Shown here: positions 45,756 through 55,079 of the stretch, piece by piece
How the letters are laid out: the number at the start of each line of letters is the position of its first letter
Numbering within the stretch: the stretch's first letter is position 1
Source: an uncultured Solibacteraceae bacterium
GTDB taxonomy: Bacteria; Acidobacteriota; Terriglobia; Bryobacterales; Bryobacteraceae
DNA length: 64,000 nucleotides
Assembly: GCA_964529305.1 (NCBI GenBank)
Contig: CAZGUX010000128.1
Location: 17,347-81,346 of the forward strand
Direction: 5' to 3'
The notes under the pieces: model-generated
The model's input: only the letters and a program-made list of their open reading frames with translations
What the model was told of the DNA's origin: nothing
The model's database searches: none
Made by a program: the position numbers and the translations under genes

Positions 45756-47075
45756 ATGACACTCTCCAGCCGCCGCACGTTTGTCCAGACCGCGATCGCC
45801 GCCGCCTCCACCGGCCGAATTCCAGGGGCCAACGAGAAGATCAACCTCGTCGTCATCGGACTCGGCGGCCGCGGGCGCGATCACCTGAACCACTATGCCG
45901 GCCTCTCCGACTGCCGCATCGCCGGCGTCTGCGACATCGACCAGGCCGCCCAGGAGCGGGCGGTGGCCCAAGTGGAAAAACTCGTCGGCTACAAGCCGCA
46001 AGCCCTTAGCGACATGCGCCGCGTCTTCGACGACAAATCGGTCGACGCGGTGTCCATCGTCACTCCCAACCACTGGCACGCGCTGGCCACCATCTGGGCC
46101 TGCCAGGCCGGCAAGGACGTGTATGTCGAAAAGCCGGCCAGCCACAACATCTTCGAAGCCCGCCAAATGGTGGCGGCGGCGCGCAAGCACAAGCGCATCG
46201 TGCAGGTGGGCTCCCAGTCACGGTCGATCCAACACAAGATCCGCGCGATGAAACTGCTGGATGAGGGCGTGATCGGCAAGATCTATCTGTCGAAGGGGTT
46301 GTGCTACAAGCGGCGGCGGTCCATCGGCAAGCAACCCGACGGCCCGGTTCCGCCCGGAGTGGATTGGGATCTGTTCCGCGGTCCCGCTCCCATGCGGCCG
46401 TTCAATCCCAACCGGTTCAAATACAACTGGCACTGGTTTTGGGATACCGGAAACGGGGACATCGGCAACCAGGGCGTGCACGAGATGGACATTGCCCGCT
46501 GGGGCATCGGCAAGGACCACACCATGCCGAAGAGCGTCTTCTCCTACGGCGGTAAGTTTCTCTACGACGACGACCAGGAAACGCCGAACACCCAGACCGC
46601 GGTCTTCGACTATGGCGACGCGCAGATGGTCTTCGAAGTCCGCGGCCTGATCACCGACGCCGATGCGCCTCTGCCGGTCCGCGGCGAGCACACCATCGGC
46701 AACATCTTCTACGGCAGCGACGGGTATCTGGCGATCGACCTGCACGGCTTTCAGGTCTTCAAGGGCGACAAGCACGAGAAGGTGATGGACGAGAAGTACA
46801 CCGAGGACCGCGCCTGGGCCACGGCGCCCCACATGCAGAATTTTCTTTCGGCGATCAAGAGCCGGCGTCCCCAGGACGCGCACGCGGAGATCGAAATCGG
46901 GGCCAGCGCCGCGTCCCTGTGTCACCTGGCCAACATCAGCTATCGCCTGGGCCGCAAACTCGAGTTCGATCCGAAGACCTGGAAGTTTGCCGGCGACGCG
47001 CCCGCCAATAACATGCTGACGCGGGACTACCGCAAGCCGTACGTGGTTCCCCAGATCGATCGCGAGCCCGTCTGA
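45756..47075 (+). CDS. Gfo/Idh/MocA-family NAD(P)-dependent oxidoreductase with a TAT signal.
   Basis: SRRTFVQTAIAAAS TAT motif, a Rossmann GLGGRG motif, and the family signature region (AVSIVTPNHWHA..DVYVEKP). Confidence 0.8.
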   Translation: MTLSSRRTFVQTAIAAASTGRIPGANEKINLVVIGLGGRGRDHLNHYAGLSDCRIAGVCDIDQAAQERAVAQVEKLVGYKPQALSDMRRVFDDKSVDAVSIVTPNHWHALATIWACQAGKDVYVEKPASHNIFEARQMVAAARKHKRIVQVGSQSRSIQHKIRAMKLLDEGVIGKIYLSKGLCYKRRRSIGKQPDGPVPPGVDWDLFRGPAPMRPFNPNRFKYNWHWFWDTGNGDIGNQGVHEMDIARWGIGKDHTMPKSVFSYGGKFLYDDDQETPNTQTAVFDYGDAQMVFEVRGLITDADAPLPVRGEHTIGNIFYGSDGYLAIDLHGFQVFKGDKHEKVMDEKYTEDRAWATAPHMQNFLSAIKSRRPQDAHAEIEIGASAASLCHLANISYRLGRKLEFDPKTWKFAGDAPANNMLTRDYRKPYVVPQIDREPV

Positions 47076-47105
47076 ACCCCGACCTTCCGAGCCGCGAACG
47101 TTTAG

Positions 47106-47119
47106 GGAGCGGTGGCTCC
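47106..47119. terminator. GGAGC-GGTG-GCTCC hairpin between convergent genes. The identical 15-mer occurs at about 40590-40604.
   Basis: Perfect 5-bp stem with a 4-nt loop in the 88-bp gap between the converging Gfo/Idh/MocA and DegT genes. The same ggagcggtggctcct occurs in the intergenic region after the GT2 gene. There is no U-tract, as is typical of high-GC genomes. Confidence 0.35.
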
Positions 47120-47163
47120 TGTCCCCGATTTCTTCACAAGCCGATCGATGTGCGCTGCCGGAC

Positions 47164-48537
47164 TTAGGCCTGCGCCAGGTCGCCCGCGTAGCGCTGGATC
47201 TTGCGCACAGCTTCCACGATTTGGTCCATGTCCGTCCGGCTGCCGACCAGCATGTTCTGGGTGAACCAGACGCCTTCCTGGCAAAGCTTGTCGTCGAGGG
47301 GACACACGTTCTGCTCGCGCCATCGCTTCAACCGTTCCGCGGAATAGATCCGCTGATAGCCGCGTGACTTGAGCGTATTCTCGATCAGCGGCTCCGCGTT
47401 GAGCGGCGTGTATCCCCCGGAGCAGGGAATCTTCTCCGCCGACATCGCCTTCAGGAATTTCGCCCGAGGCAATCCGTCGAATTGCGTCTTGTCGTACCGG
47501 AACATGTACAGGTGATATGCGTTCCGCGTGCAGCCTTCGTACATCTTCGCCGGGGTGATGCCGGGAATTTCCAGGAATCGCTCCGTCAGGTACCGGGCGT
47601 TCTCGTCGCGCTTCTTCGCGAACCGCTCGATTCGGGTCATCTGCGACAACAGCAGGCTGGCCTGAAACTCCGTCAGGCGGAAATTGGAGCCGGTTACCCG
47701 GCGCGTGAAATCATGCCCGCCCAGGGCGCGGCCGCCGCTGTTGTTGTGCACGGCAAACGCGCGCGCGGCCAACTCGTCGTCATTGGTCAGCACGGCGCCG
47801 CCCTCGCCCGAATTCAGGTTCTTGGACGCCTGGAAGCTGAAGCAGCCCATCGCGCCCTGAGTCCCCACATGGCGTCCCCGCCACTCGGCCAGATGAGCCT
47901 GGCAGGCGTCTTCCAGGATCGGCAGGTTGTGCTTCTTGCCCAGCGCGGCGAAGCCGTCCAGGTCCGCTGCCGAGCCGCCGATGTGGACCGGAATGATGGC
48001 CGCCGTCCGGTCCGTGATCAATGCTTCGGCCTTCTTCGGATCCAGTTGGAACGTGGCCGGGTCGATGTCGGCGAACACCGGTAGCGCATGACGCTGCAGG
48101 ATCGCATTGACCGTCGCCACAAATGTGTACGGCGGCAGGATCACCTCGTCGCCCGCCTGGATCTCGAGCGCATTCAGCGCCGTCAGCAGCGCACTGGTGC
48201 CATTGGCGACCGCCAGGCAGTGCTTCGCGCCGGTCAACTTCGAATACTCGGCTTCAAAACGGTCGACCACGTTGCCGCGCGTCCGGCCCCACTTTTTGCT
48301 GTTGAGGACGGTGACTAACCCCTGTTCTTCGGTCTGGTCGCAAACGGGCCAACTGGTGAACGACTCGCTGCGGACCGGGGGTCCGCCCAGCAATGCCGGT
48401 TTGTTGCCATTCCCTTTGACGACGGCGGGAGTGGCGGCCACGCCGGCTGCCGAGGCTGATACAAAGTTGCGTCGGGTCACAAGCACCTCCTGATGCCCAG
48501 GGTTGATGTCGAACATTGTCTCATGCCGCAGCTTCAT
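47164..48537 (-). CDS. DegT/DnrJ/EryC1/StrS-family PLP-dependent aminotransferase, unusually carrying a TAT-type signal.
   Basis: Internal start MKLRHET..; the longer track ORF reaching 49164 would overlap fts[15 protein letters not shown] twin-arginine motif. DegT-family signatures are present ([17 protein letters not shown].., [15 protein letters not shown]). Confidence 0.7.
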   Translation of the reverse strand: MKLRHETMFDINPGHQEVLVTRRNFVSASAAGVAATPAVVKGNGNKPALLGGPPVRSESFTSWPVCDQTEEQGLVTVLNSKKWGRTRGNVVDRFEAEYSKLTGAKHCLAVANGTSALLTALNALEIQAGDEVILPPYTFVATVNAILQRHALPVFADIDPATFQLDPKKAEALITDRTAAIIPVHIGGSAADLDGFAALGKKHNLPILEDACQAHLAEWRGRHVGTQGAMGCFSFQASKNLNSGEGGAVLTNDDELAARAFAVHNNSGGRALGGHDFTRRVTGSNFRLTEFQASLLLSQMTRIERFAKKRDENARYLTERFLEIPGITPAKMYEGCTRNAYHLYMFRYDKTQFDGLPRAKFLKAMSAEKIPCSGGYTPLNAEPLIENTLKSRGYQRIYSAERLKRWREQNVCPLDDKLCQEGVWFTQNMLVGSRTDMDQIVEAVRKIQRYAGDLAQA

Positions 48538-48577
48538 CTTCAGGTCAGCCGGTTCGCTACAATACGGAAGAACCCCG

Positions 48578-49528
48578 ATGATCCAGACCCTCTTCGGCTC
48601 CGTCGAGCAGGAACCGTCTCTCCTCGAACGCCTGAAAACCGGCGTCGCCAAGACCCGCGCTGGTCTGGCCACGCGAATCGAAGAAACGCTCACCGGGAAG
48701 AAAGTGATTGATGCGGACCTGCTCGAGGAACTCGAGTACACCCTCATCAGCGCCGACATCGGGGTCCAGACCGCGACCGAGATCCTGGACAGCATCCGCC
48801 AAAGGGTCGACCGCCACCTGGTGAACGACGCCGGGGAGTTGCGGAACCTCATCGGCGAGCAACTGCTGGACATCCTCCAGTCGGCCGAACGGCCCGTTCC
48901 TTTCGTCAGCGAACCGCCGGCGGTCGTGATGGTCGTGGGGGTGAACGGCTCCGGCAAGACCACCACCATCGGCAAACTGGCGAGACGGTACAAGGACGAG
49001 GGCCGCAGCGTGCTGCTCTGCGCGGCCGACACCTTTCGCGCCGCCGCCATCGAGCAACTGGAAGTGTGGGGCGACCGCGCCGGGTGTGAAGTCATCCGGC
49101 AAAAACCTGGCGCCGATCCGAGCGCGGTCCTCTTCGATGCCCTCCATGCGGCCAAGGCCCGCAAGACCGACTACGTGATTGTCGATACCGCGGGACGCCT
49201 GCAGACAAAATCCAACCTGATGGCGGAACTCGAGAAGATGCGCCGCACCGCCAGCCGCGTGATTCCCGAGGCCCCGCATGAAGTGTTGCTCGTGCTCGAC
49301 GGCACCACCGGGCAGAATGGGCTCGAACAGGCGCGCAAGTTCACCGAGACTTCCGGCGTCACCGGCCTGGTCCTGACCAAACTCGATGGCACGGCCAAGG
49401 GTGGTGTGGTGGTGGCCATTTCACGCGAACTGAATCTGCCGATCCGGTACGTCGGCGTAGGGGAAAAAGCGGACGACCTGCTGCCGTTCGAGCCGGAAAG
49501 CTTCATCCGTTCCATCTTCGAGAAATGA
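48578..49528 (+). CDS. ftsY: Signal-recognition-particle receptor FtsY.
   Basis: SRP-GTPase NG domain motifs ([31 protein letters not shown]). Start is at the internal ATG 48578 with an upstream GGAAG. Confidence 0.9.
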   Translation: MIQTLFGSVEQEPSLLERLKTGVAKTRAGLATRIEETLTGKKVIDADLLEELEYTLISADIGVQTATEILDSIRQRVDRHLVNDAGELRNLIGEQLLDILQSAERPVPFVSEPPAVVMVVGVNGSGKTTTIGKLARRYKDEGRSVLLCAADTFRAAAIEQLEVWGDRAGCEVIRQKPGADPSAVLFDALHAAKARKTDYVIVDTAGRLQTKSNLMAELEKMRRTASRVIPEAPHEVLLVLDGTTGQNGLEQARKFTETSGVTGLVLTKLDGTAKGGVVVAISRELNLPIRYVGVGEKADDLLPFEPESFIRSIFEK

Positions 49529-50628
49529 ATCTGGCGTTTTTGCGCGAGGCGTTGCACCTGGCCCGGGAGGGCGAAGGCCAGACCAGCCCGAACCCGATGG
49601 TCGGCGCGATCGTCGAAAGTAACGGCGTGGTCACCGGACGGGCGTTTCATACCTACGCCGGCGTCGACCACGCGGAGGTCCTGGCGATCCGCCGCGCGGG
49701 CGAATCCGCCCGGGGAGCGACCCTCTATCTCAACCTCGAGCCGTGCAGTCATCAGGGCCGGACCGGTCCCTGCGTCGAGGCAGTGATCGCGGCCGGCATC
49801 CGCCGGGTCGTCGCGGCGATGGAGGACCCTAATCCCCTGGTTTCGGGCAAAGGGTTCGCGCGCCTGCGCGAAGCCGGCGTCGACGTGCACGTGATCGACG
49901 AGATCCGCGCCGAGGCCGAACGCCTGAACGAACCGTTCGTCCACTTCATGCGCCGGGGGCGGCCGTTGGTCACCCTGAAGTCGGCCGTGACGCTCGATGG
50001 CAAAATCGCCGCGCCGGATGACAACGAGGGCTGGATTACCAGCGAGCGCGCCCGCCTGCACGTGCAGACCTTGCGGCATCGGCACGACGCGATTGTTACC
50101 GGGATCGGCACGGTGCTCTCCGATGACTGCCTCCTGACCGACCGCACCGATCTGCCGCGCAGCCGCCCTCTGCTGCGCATCGTGCTCGATTCGCAATTGC
50201 GGATTCCGCTCGACTGCAAGATGGTCGAGAGTTGCCGCAATGATGTCCTGGTCGTTACGACATCCGCCGCTTCGGCCGATCGCCGCGCGGCACTGGAAGA
50301 GCGCGGCGTTCGCATCGTGGCTCTCGACGGTCCGGCCGGCCGTACCAATCTCAACGCTCTGGTCGAGTGGCTGGCGCAGGAGAAATGCCTGTCGCTCATG
50401 ATCGAAGCCGGCAGCAAGGTCAACTGGGCGGTTCTCGAGTCGGACATCGTCGACAAGGTGTTCTTCTATTACGGGGCCAAGATCCTGGGCGGCATGCAAG
50501 CGCTTCCCATGGCCGGCGGCACCGGACGCCGCCGCCGCAACGACGCCATTCGCGTCGAGCGGATGGCCCTGCATTCGATCGCACCCGACGAGTTCGCGGT
50601 GGAGGCCTATGTTCACCGGGATTATTGA
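49525..50628 (+). CDS. ribD: Bifunctional riboflavin-biosynthesis deaminase/reductase RibD.
   Basis: CMP/dCMP-deaminase zinc motif ([20 protein letters not shown]) followed by the RibD C-terminal reductase domain. It overlaps ftsY by 4 nt and ribE by 20 nt. Confidence 0.9.
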   Translation: MNLAFLREALHLAREGEGQTSPNPMVGAIVESNGVVTGRAFHTYAGVDHAEVLAIRRAGESARGATLYLNLEPCSHQGRTGPCVEAVIAAGIRRVVAAMEDPNPLVSGKGFARLREAGVDVHVIDEIRAEAERLNEPFVHFMRRGRPLVTLKSAVTLDGKIAAPDDNEGWITSERARLHVQTLRHRHDAIVTGIGTVLSDDCLLTDRTDLPRSRPLLRIVLDSQLRIPLDCKMVESCRNDVLVVTTSAASADRRAALEERGVRIVALDGPAGRTNLNALVEWLAQEKCLSLMIEAGSKVNWAVLESDIVDKVFFYYGAKILGGMQALPMAGGTGRRRRNDAIRVERMALHSIAPDEFAVEAYVHRDY

Positions 50629-51250
50629 AGAACTGGGTTCGGTGGAGAGTATTGAGAGCCGCCAGGCCGGTTCGCGGCTGCGCATTCGATGCAACACCGT
50701 GCTCGGCGACGCCCAACCCGGGGGCTCGATTGCCGTCAATGGAGCTTGCCTCACCGCGGTCGATCTCCGCCCGGACTCCTTCGCCGCCGATCTTGCGCCG
50801 GAAACGCTCCGGCGGACCAATCTGGGCGACCTGAAATCCGGGTCGAGGGTCAACCTCGAACGCCCTCTGCTCCCCTCCACCCGGTTGAGCGGCCACATCG
50901 TGCAGGGCCATGTTGACGGCGCTGGCGAGTTTCTCTCGCTCGATCCTCTCGGCGCCGATAACTGGTGGCTGAAGATTCGCGTGCCGTCCGAACTCGACCG
51001 CTACCTGGTCTACAAGGGCTCTATCGCCATCGATGGAATCTCGTTGACCATTGCCGCGCTCGAAGCTTCCGTGTTGTCGGTGACCATCATCCCGCACACC
51101 TATCGCAACACCACGCTGGGTAGCTACCTTCCGGGCGCCCGGGTCAACCTCGAGTGCGACATCCTGGCCAAGCACGTGGAGAAACTCCTGGCCCGGCTCG
51201 ACGCTCCCTCGTCGCTCACCATGGCGAAGCTCAAAGAGATGGGTTTCTAG
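50609..51250 (+). CDS. ribE: Riboflavin synthase alpha subunit.
   Basis: [10 protein letters not shown].. N-terminus and the duplicated lumazine-binding half-repeats (SIAVNGACLT.. and SIAIDGISLT..). Confidence 0.9.
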   Translation: MFTGIIEELGSVESIESRQAGSRLRIRCNTVLGDAQPGGSIAVNGACLTAVDLRPDSFAADLAPETLRRTNLGDLKSGSRVNLERPLLPSTRLSGHIVQGHVDGAGEFLSLDPLGADNWWLKIRVPSELDRYLVYKGSIAIDGISLTIAALEASVLSVTIIPHTYRNTTLGSYLPGARVNLECDILAKHVEKLLARLDAPSSLTMAKLKEMGF

Positions 51251-51293
51251 CGATCCAACCTTCGGTGGGGCAGGCTTCAGCCTGCGGCGGGCT

Positions 51294-52094
51294 TTAGCCC
51301 GCCTCGAAGCCTCCCTCGCAAGCCGCCGCGATCGACTCCAGATCCACCCCCATGCGCTCCCTGCAGAACTCCCGCAGATCCGCCGGCAAGGGCGCGCGGA
51401 ACTCCGCAAGGCCGGGAAACGCGATCGCCGCGGCGTGCAGCGCCTGTCTCCACAACAGCAAACGATTCTGCAACTCTTCCGTGAACCCGTACCGGATGAA
51501 GGCCAGGTACAGGCCTTCGTCCGGCCCGTAGATCTTGTCGCCCACCAGTGGGTGGCCTAACCACGCTGCGTGGACGCGAATCTGGTGCTGCCGCCCGGTG
51601 AACGGCCGCACCCGGCACAGCGTGAATCCGCCTCCCGACTGCAGAGGAGTGAACTCCGTCTGCGCGGGAGATCCCTTCCCCGGTTCGACGACGCACTGCT
51701 TGGCGGCCAATTCCGATTGCAGGTCGGCCGCGAGCGGGCGATCAACCAGGGTCGTCTGCTCCAGGCGCCCCGTCAACACCGCGAGGTAGACCTTGCGGAC
51801 CCGCCCCCGCTCCGCTGCCCGCTGCAGCCTGGAGGCGAGCGCGCGCTGCTTGACAAACACCACCACGCCGCTCGTCTCCCGATCCAGCCGTGAGGGCATA
51901 TGGACTCGCGCCAGGTTCAGGGATTCGCGGACCGCGCCCACCAGGCTCGACCACGGCCCCTGTTTCGACGGATGACAAACTACACCCGCGGGTTTGTCGA
52001 CCACCAGAACATCGTCATCCTCGTAGAGAATCCACCCGGCCAGTTCTTGCGGAGTAATCAGCCAGCCCCATTCGGTCAACGGCACGTATCTCAA
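51294..52094 (-). CDS. RluA-family RNA pseudouridine synthase.
   Basis: Catalytic motif HRLDRETSGVVVF and the RluA-family core (LAVLTG..GRQHQIR). Confidence 0.85.
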   Translation of the reverse strand: MRYVPLTEWGWLITPQELAGWILYEDDDVLVVDKPAGVVCHPSKQGPWSSLVGAVRESLNLARVHMPSRLDRETSGVVVFVKQRALASRLQRAAERGRVRKVYLAVLTGRLEQTTLVDRPLAADLQSELAAKQCVVEPGKGSPAQTEFTPLQSGGGFTLCRVRPFTGRQHQIRVHAAWLGHPLVGDKIYGPDEGLYLAFIRYGFTEELQNRLLLWRQALHAAAIAFPGLAEFRAPLPADLREFCRERMGVDLESIAAACEGGFEAG

Positions 52095-52209
52095 TCATAC
52101 GGAGTTCATGTACTATAGAACCGATCGGGCTTACGAGCTCGATCCAAACCAGGGACGCCGCCTTTCGCCGGTGTCCGATTCGAATTCTGAGAAAGCATTG
52201 GAGGTTACG

Positions 52210-53037
52210 ATGACACGATCCGCCCGCGTCCTTGCAGTCGCCGCGCTCGCCTCGGTCCTCTGGCTTCCCACTCCCGTGGTGGCGGCCGGACTCTTCGCGG
52301 ACAGCAATCTGGAGGCTGCCGTCCGGCAGTACGTCTTCGGCAAGCGGGATAATACCGAGCCCCTCACGGAAGATGACGTGAAGAATCTGTCCACCATCTC
52401 CGCCAAGGGCAAAGCCATCAAGAGTCTGGCCGGCATCGAAAAGTGCAAGAGCGTGGCCGCCCTCGAACTGGCGGAAAACCAGATCTCCGACCTCAGCCCG
52501 CTGAAGTCCCTCACCTTGATCCAGAGTCTCGACTTGGCCAAGAACCTGATCACCGACATCTCGCCCGTCGCCTCACTGACAAACCTGCAATACCTGAACC
52601 TGACCGGAAACCAGGTCTCGAATCTCGCGCCTGTCGAGAAGCTCACCTCGATGAACTCGCTCTACCTCACCGGCAACAAGGTCAGCGACCTGAAGCCGCT
52701 CAGCGGGTTGAACCGGTTGTGGTCTCTGTACCTGGAGGGCAACCTGGTCGTCGACCTCAAGCCGATCGGGGATCTGCCGTTTCTTTCCTCGTTGAGTCTC
52801 GATGGCAACAAGGTGGCCGACCTGACTCCCCTGGAATCGGCGAAATCGCTGCGCAATCTCTACCTGGACAAAAACCGCGTCAAGGACCTGACGCCCCTCA
52901 TCAATCTGGCCAAGAAGGATCCCAACAGCGGCCCCCGATTTCTGACGATCTCGGGCAACCCGCTCTCCGGCGCGGCCAAGACCACCCAACTTGCCGAGTT
53001 GAAGAAGCTCTATTGGAACGTGACACTGACGAAATAG
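52210..53037 (+). CDS. Secreted leucine-rich-repeat (internalin-like) protein.
   Basis: GGAGG Shine-Dalgarno, signal peptide, and about 8 tandem 22-aa LRRs (L..L..L.L..N.I.DLSPL..L.). Confidence 0.75.
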   Translation: MTRSARVLAVAALASVLWLPTPVVAAGLFADSNLEAAVRQYVFGKRDNTEPLTEDDVKNLSTISAKGKAIKSLAGIEKCKSVAALELAENQISDLSPLKSLTLIQSLDLAKNLITDISPVASLTNLQYLNLTGNQVSNLAPVEKLTSMNSLYLTGNKVSDLKPLSGLNRLWSLYLEGNLVVDLKPIGDLPFLSSLSLDGNKVADLTPLESAKSLRNLYLDKNRVKDLTPLINLAKKDPNSGPRFLTISGNPLSGAAKTTQLAELKKLYWNVTLTK

Positions 53038-53083
53038 CTCGCCGCCTGACGTCCGGCCGGACCCCAGGGTACACTCAGACGTT

Positions 53084-53539
53084 GTGAGCACGAAGGGAAA
53101 CCTCGCCCCGTGGCTGGTTGGCCTTCCGATCGGCCTGCTCTTCGGCCTCGGCGTCTACACGTTCGGCTACGCGCGGGGCGCTTCCTACATGACCGACGAT
53201 CCGTCGGCCTGTGTCAATTGCCACGTCATGGGCGAGCAGTATAGCGGCTGGCAAAAGTCGTCCCACCGCTCCGTCGCCGTCTGCAACGACTGCCATACTC
53301 CGGCCGGCATCGTCCCCAAGTACCTGACCAAGGCGATCAACGGGTTCAACCATTCCCTGGCATTTACCTCCGGCCGTTTTCCCGACGAAATCCTCATCAC
53401 CGCTCGCAATCACCAGGTGGCGGAGGGCGCCTGCCTCAAATGCCACGATGACCTCACCGACATGATCCGCTCCGCCCGTCACCGCGAGCAAGGCCTTTCC
53501 TGCACGGTCTGCCATCGTAACGTCGGCCATGGACACTGA
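53084..53539 (+). CDS. nrfH: NapC/NirT-family membrane tetraheme cytochrome c (NrfH-type quinol dehydrogenase).
   Basis: N-terminal TM anchor and four CxxCH motifs (CVNCH, CNDCH, CLKCH, CTVCH). It lies directly upstream of nrfA. Confidence 0.85.
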   Translation: MSTKGNLAPWLVGLPIGLLFGLGVYTFGYARGASYMTDDPSACVNCHVMGEQYSGWQKSSHRSVAVCNDCHTPAGIVPKYLTKAINGFNHSLAFTSGRFPDEILITARNHQVAEGACLKCHDDLTDMIRSARHREQGLSCTVCHRNVGHGH

Positions 53540-53565
53540 CTGCGTGCGAACTCGGATGGAATCCT

Positions 53566-54981
53566 ATGTCAGATTCAAATCTCAAGAAGAAACTCTTCTG
53601 GGTGATCGTCACCACGGCGCTACTGACCATCGGCGTCACCGCCCTGCTGATCAACATTTTCGAGCATAAGCAGGAGGCGCAGAACCCGTTCTTCCGGGTG
53701 GTTGAGGTCACCGACGAAACCGACGATCCCGCCGTCTGGGGCCGCAACTTCCCGCTCCAGTACGACGCATACAAACGAACGGTGGACCAGTCGCGCACGC
53801 GCTACGGCGGCTCCGAAGCGCTGCCCCATTCCCCCACGCAAGCCGATCCGCGCGCAAACGTCGCAAGGAGCAAGCTCGAGGAGGACCCTCGACTGAAGGC
53901 GATGTGGGCCGGCTATGCCTTCGCCGCGGACTTTCGCGAAGAACGCGGCCATGCCTACATGCTCGACGACCAGCGCTACACCAGGCGCGTGTTGGATTTC
54001 AAGCAGCCCGGCACCTGTCTCAACTGTCACGCTTCTACGTACACTCTCATGAAGAAGCTCGGCGAGGGCGACCTCTTCAAAGGGTTTGAGAAGCTGAATC
54101 AGATGACCTACGTCGAAGCCACCAGGCTCGCCAAACATCCGGTCGGGTGCATCGACTGCCACGATCCCAAAACCATGGCGCTGCGCGTCACCCGCCCCGG
54201 TTTCCTGGAAGGCATCCGGAACTTGAAGGCGTCGATGGGAGTGGCCAACTACGACCCGAACACGATGGCTTCGGCCCAGGAAATGCGCAGCTTTGTCTGC
54301 GGCCAGTGCCACGTCGAATACTACTTCAAAGGAGATGAAAAGCGCCTGACCTTCCCCTGGCACAAGGGCCTGACGGCCGAGGAGATGTATGGCTACTACG
54401 AAGAAGTGAAGCACAAGGATTTCGTGCACAAAGAGACGGGCGCCCCGCTCCTCAAGGCGCAGCACCCCGAATTCGAGTTCTGGAATCAGGGCATCCACGC
54501 ACGCTCGGGCGTCGCGTGCGCCGACTGCCACATGCCGTACAAGCGCGAGGGCGGCCAGAAAATCAGCGACCACTGGGTTCGCAGCCCGGTCCTGAACCTC
54601 AACCGCGCCTGCCAGGGGTGCCATCGGTTCTCCGAGCAGGAGATGAAGGAGCGCGTCGAGCAGATCCAGAATCGATTCCATGAAGCCCGCAACGTCGCCA
54701 TGGACGCTCTGATGGATCTGATCAACGATACGAAGAAAGCCCGCTCCGCCGGCGCCGCCGACGGACAATTGGGAGACGTTTGGGCCGCCCAGCGCAAAGC
54801 TCAGTTCTTCATCGATCTGGTCGAAGCCGAGAATTCGGGCGGATTCCACGCTCCCGGAGAGAGCCTTCGCGTGCTCACCCAGGCGTTGGATACGATTCGA
54901 AAGGGCCAGATCGCCCTGCGCGGCATCAACGCCAAGGCGGCGGAAGCGCAGGCGCCTGCGCGCAGGCCGGCCGGTATGTGA
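53566..54981 (+). CDS. nrfA: Pentaheme cytochrome c nitrite reductase (ammonia-forming) NrfA.
   Basis: Five heme-binding motifs (CLNCH, CIDCH, CGQCH, CADCH, CQGCH) with NrfA-type spacing, after a signal anchor. The first heme motif is CXXCH rather than CXXCK. Confidence 0.85.
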   Translation: MSDSNLKKKLFWVIVTTALLTIGVTALLINIFEHKQEAQNPFFRVVEVTDETDDPAVWGRNFPLQYDAYKRTVDQSRTRYGGSEALPHSPTQADPRANVARSKLEEDPRLKAMWAGYAFAADFREERGHAYMLDDQRYTRRVLDFKQPGTCLNCHASTYTLMKKLGEGDLFKGFEKLNQMTYVEATRLAKHPVGCIDCHDPKTMALRVTRPGFLEGIRNLKASMGVANYDPNTMASAQEMRSFVCGQCHVEYYFKGDEKRLTFPWHKGLTAEEMYGYYEEVKHKDFVHKETGAPLLKAQHPEFEFWNQGIHARSGVACADCHMPYKREGGQKISDHWVRSPVLNLNRACQGCHRFSEQEMKERVEQIQNRFHEARNVAMDALMDLINDTKKARSAGAADGQLGDVWAAQRKAQFFIDLVEAENSGGFHAPGESLRVLTQALDTIRKGQIALRGINAKAAEAQAPARRPAGM

Positions 54982-55079
54982 CGCAGTTGCCGTCGACCGG
55001 GGCTCGCGACCCAAACGTCGCGGTCGCGTCCGGAAGTTCGTCTCTTTGTAATCCAACCGGTGTATGTTGAGAGGGACAC

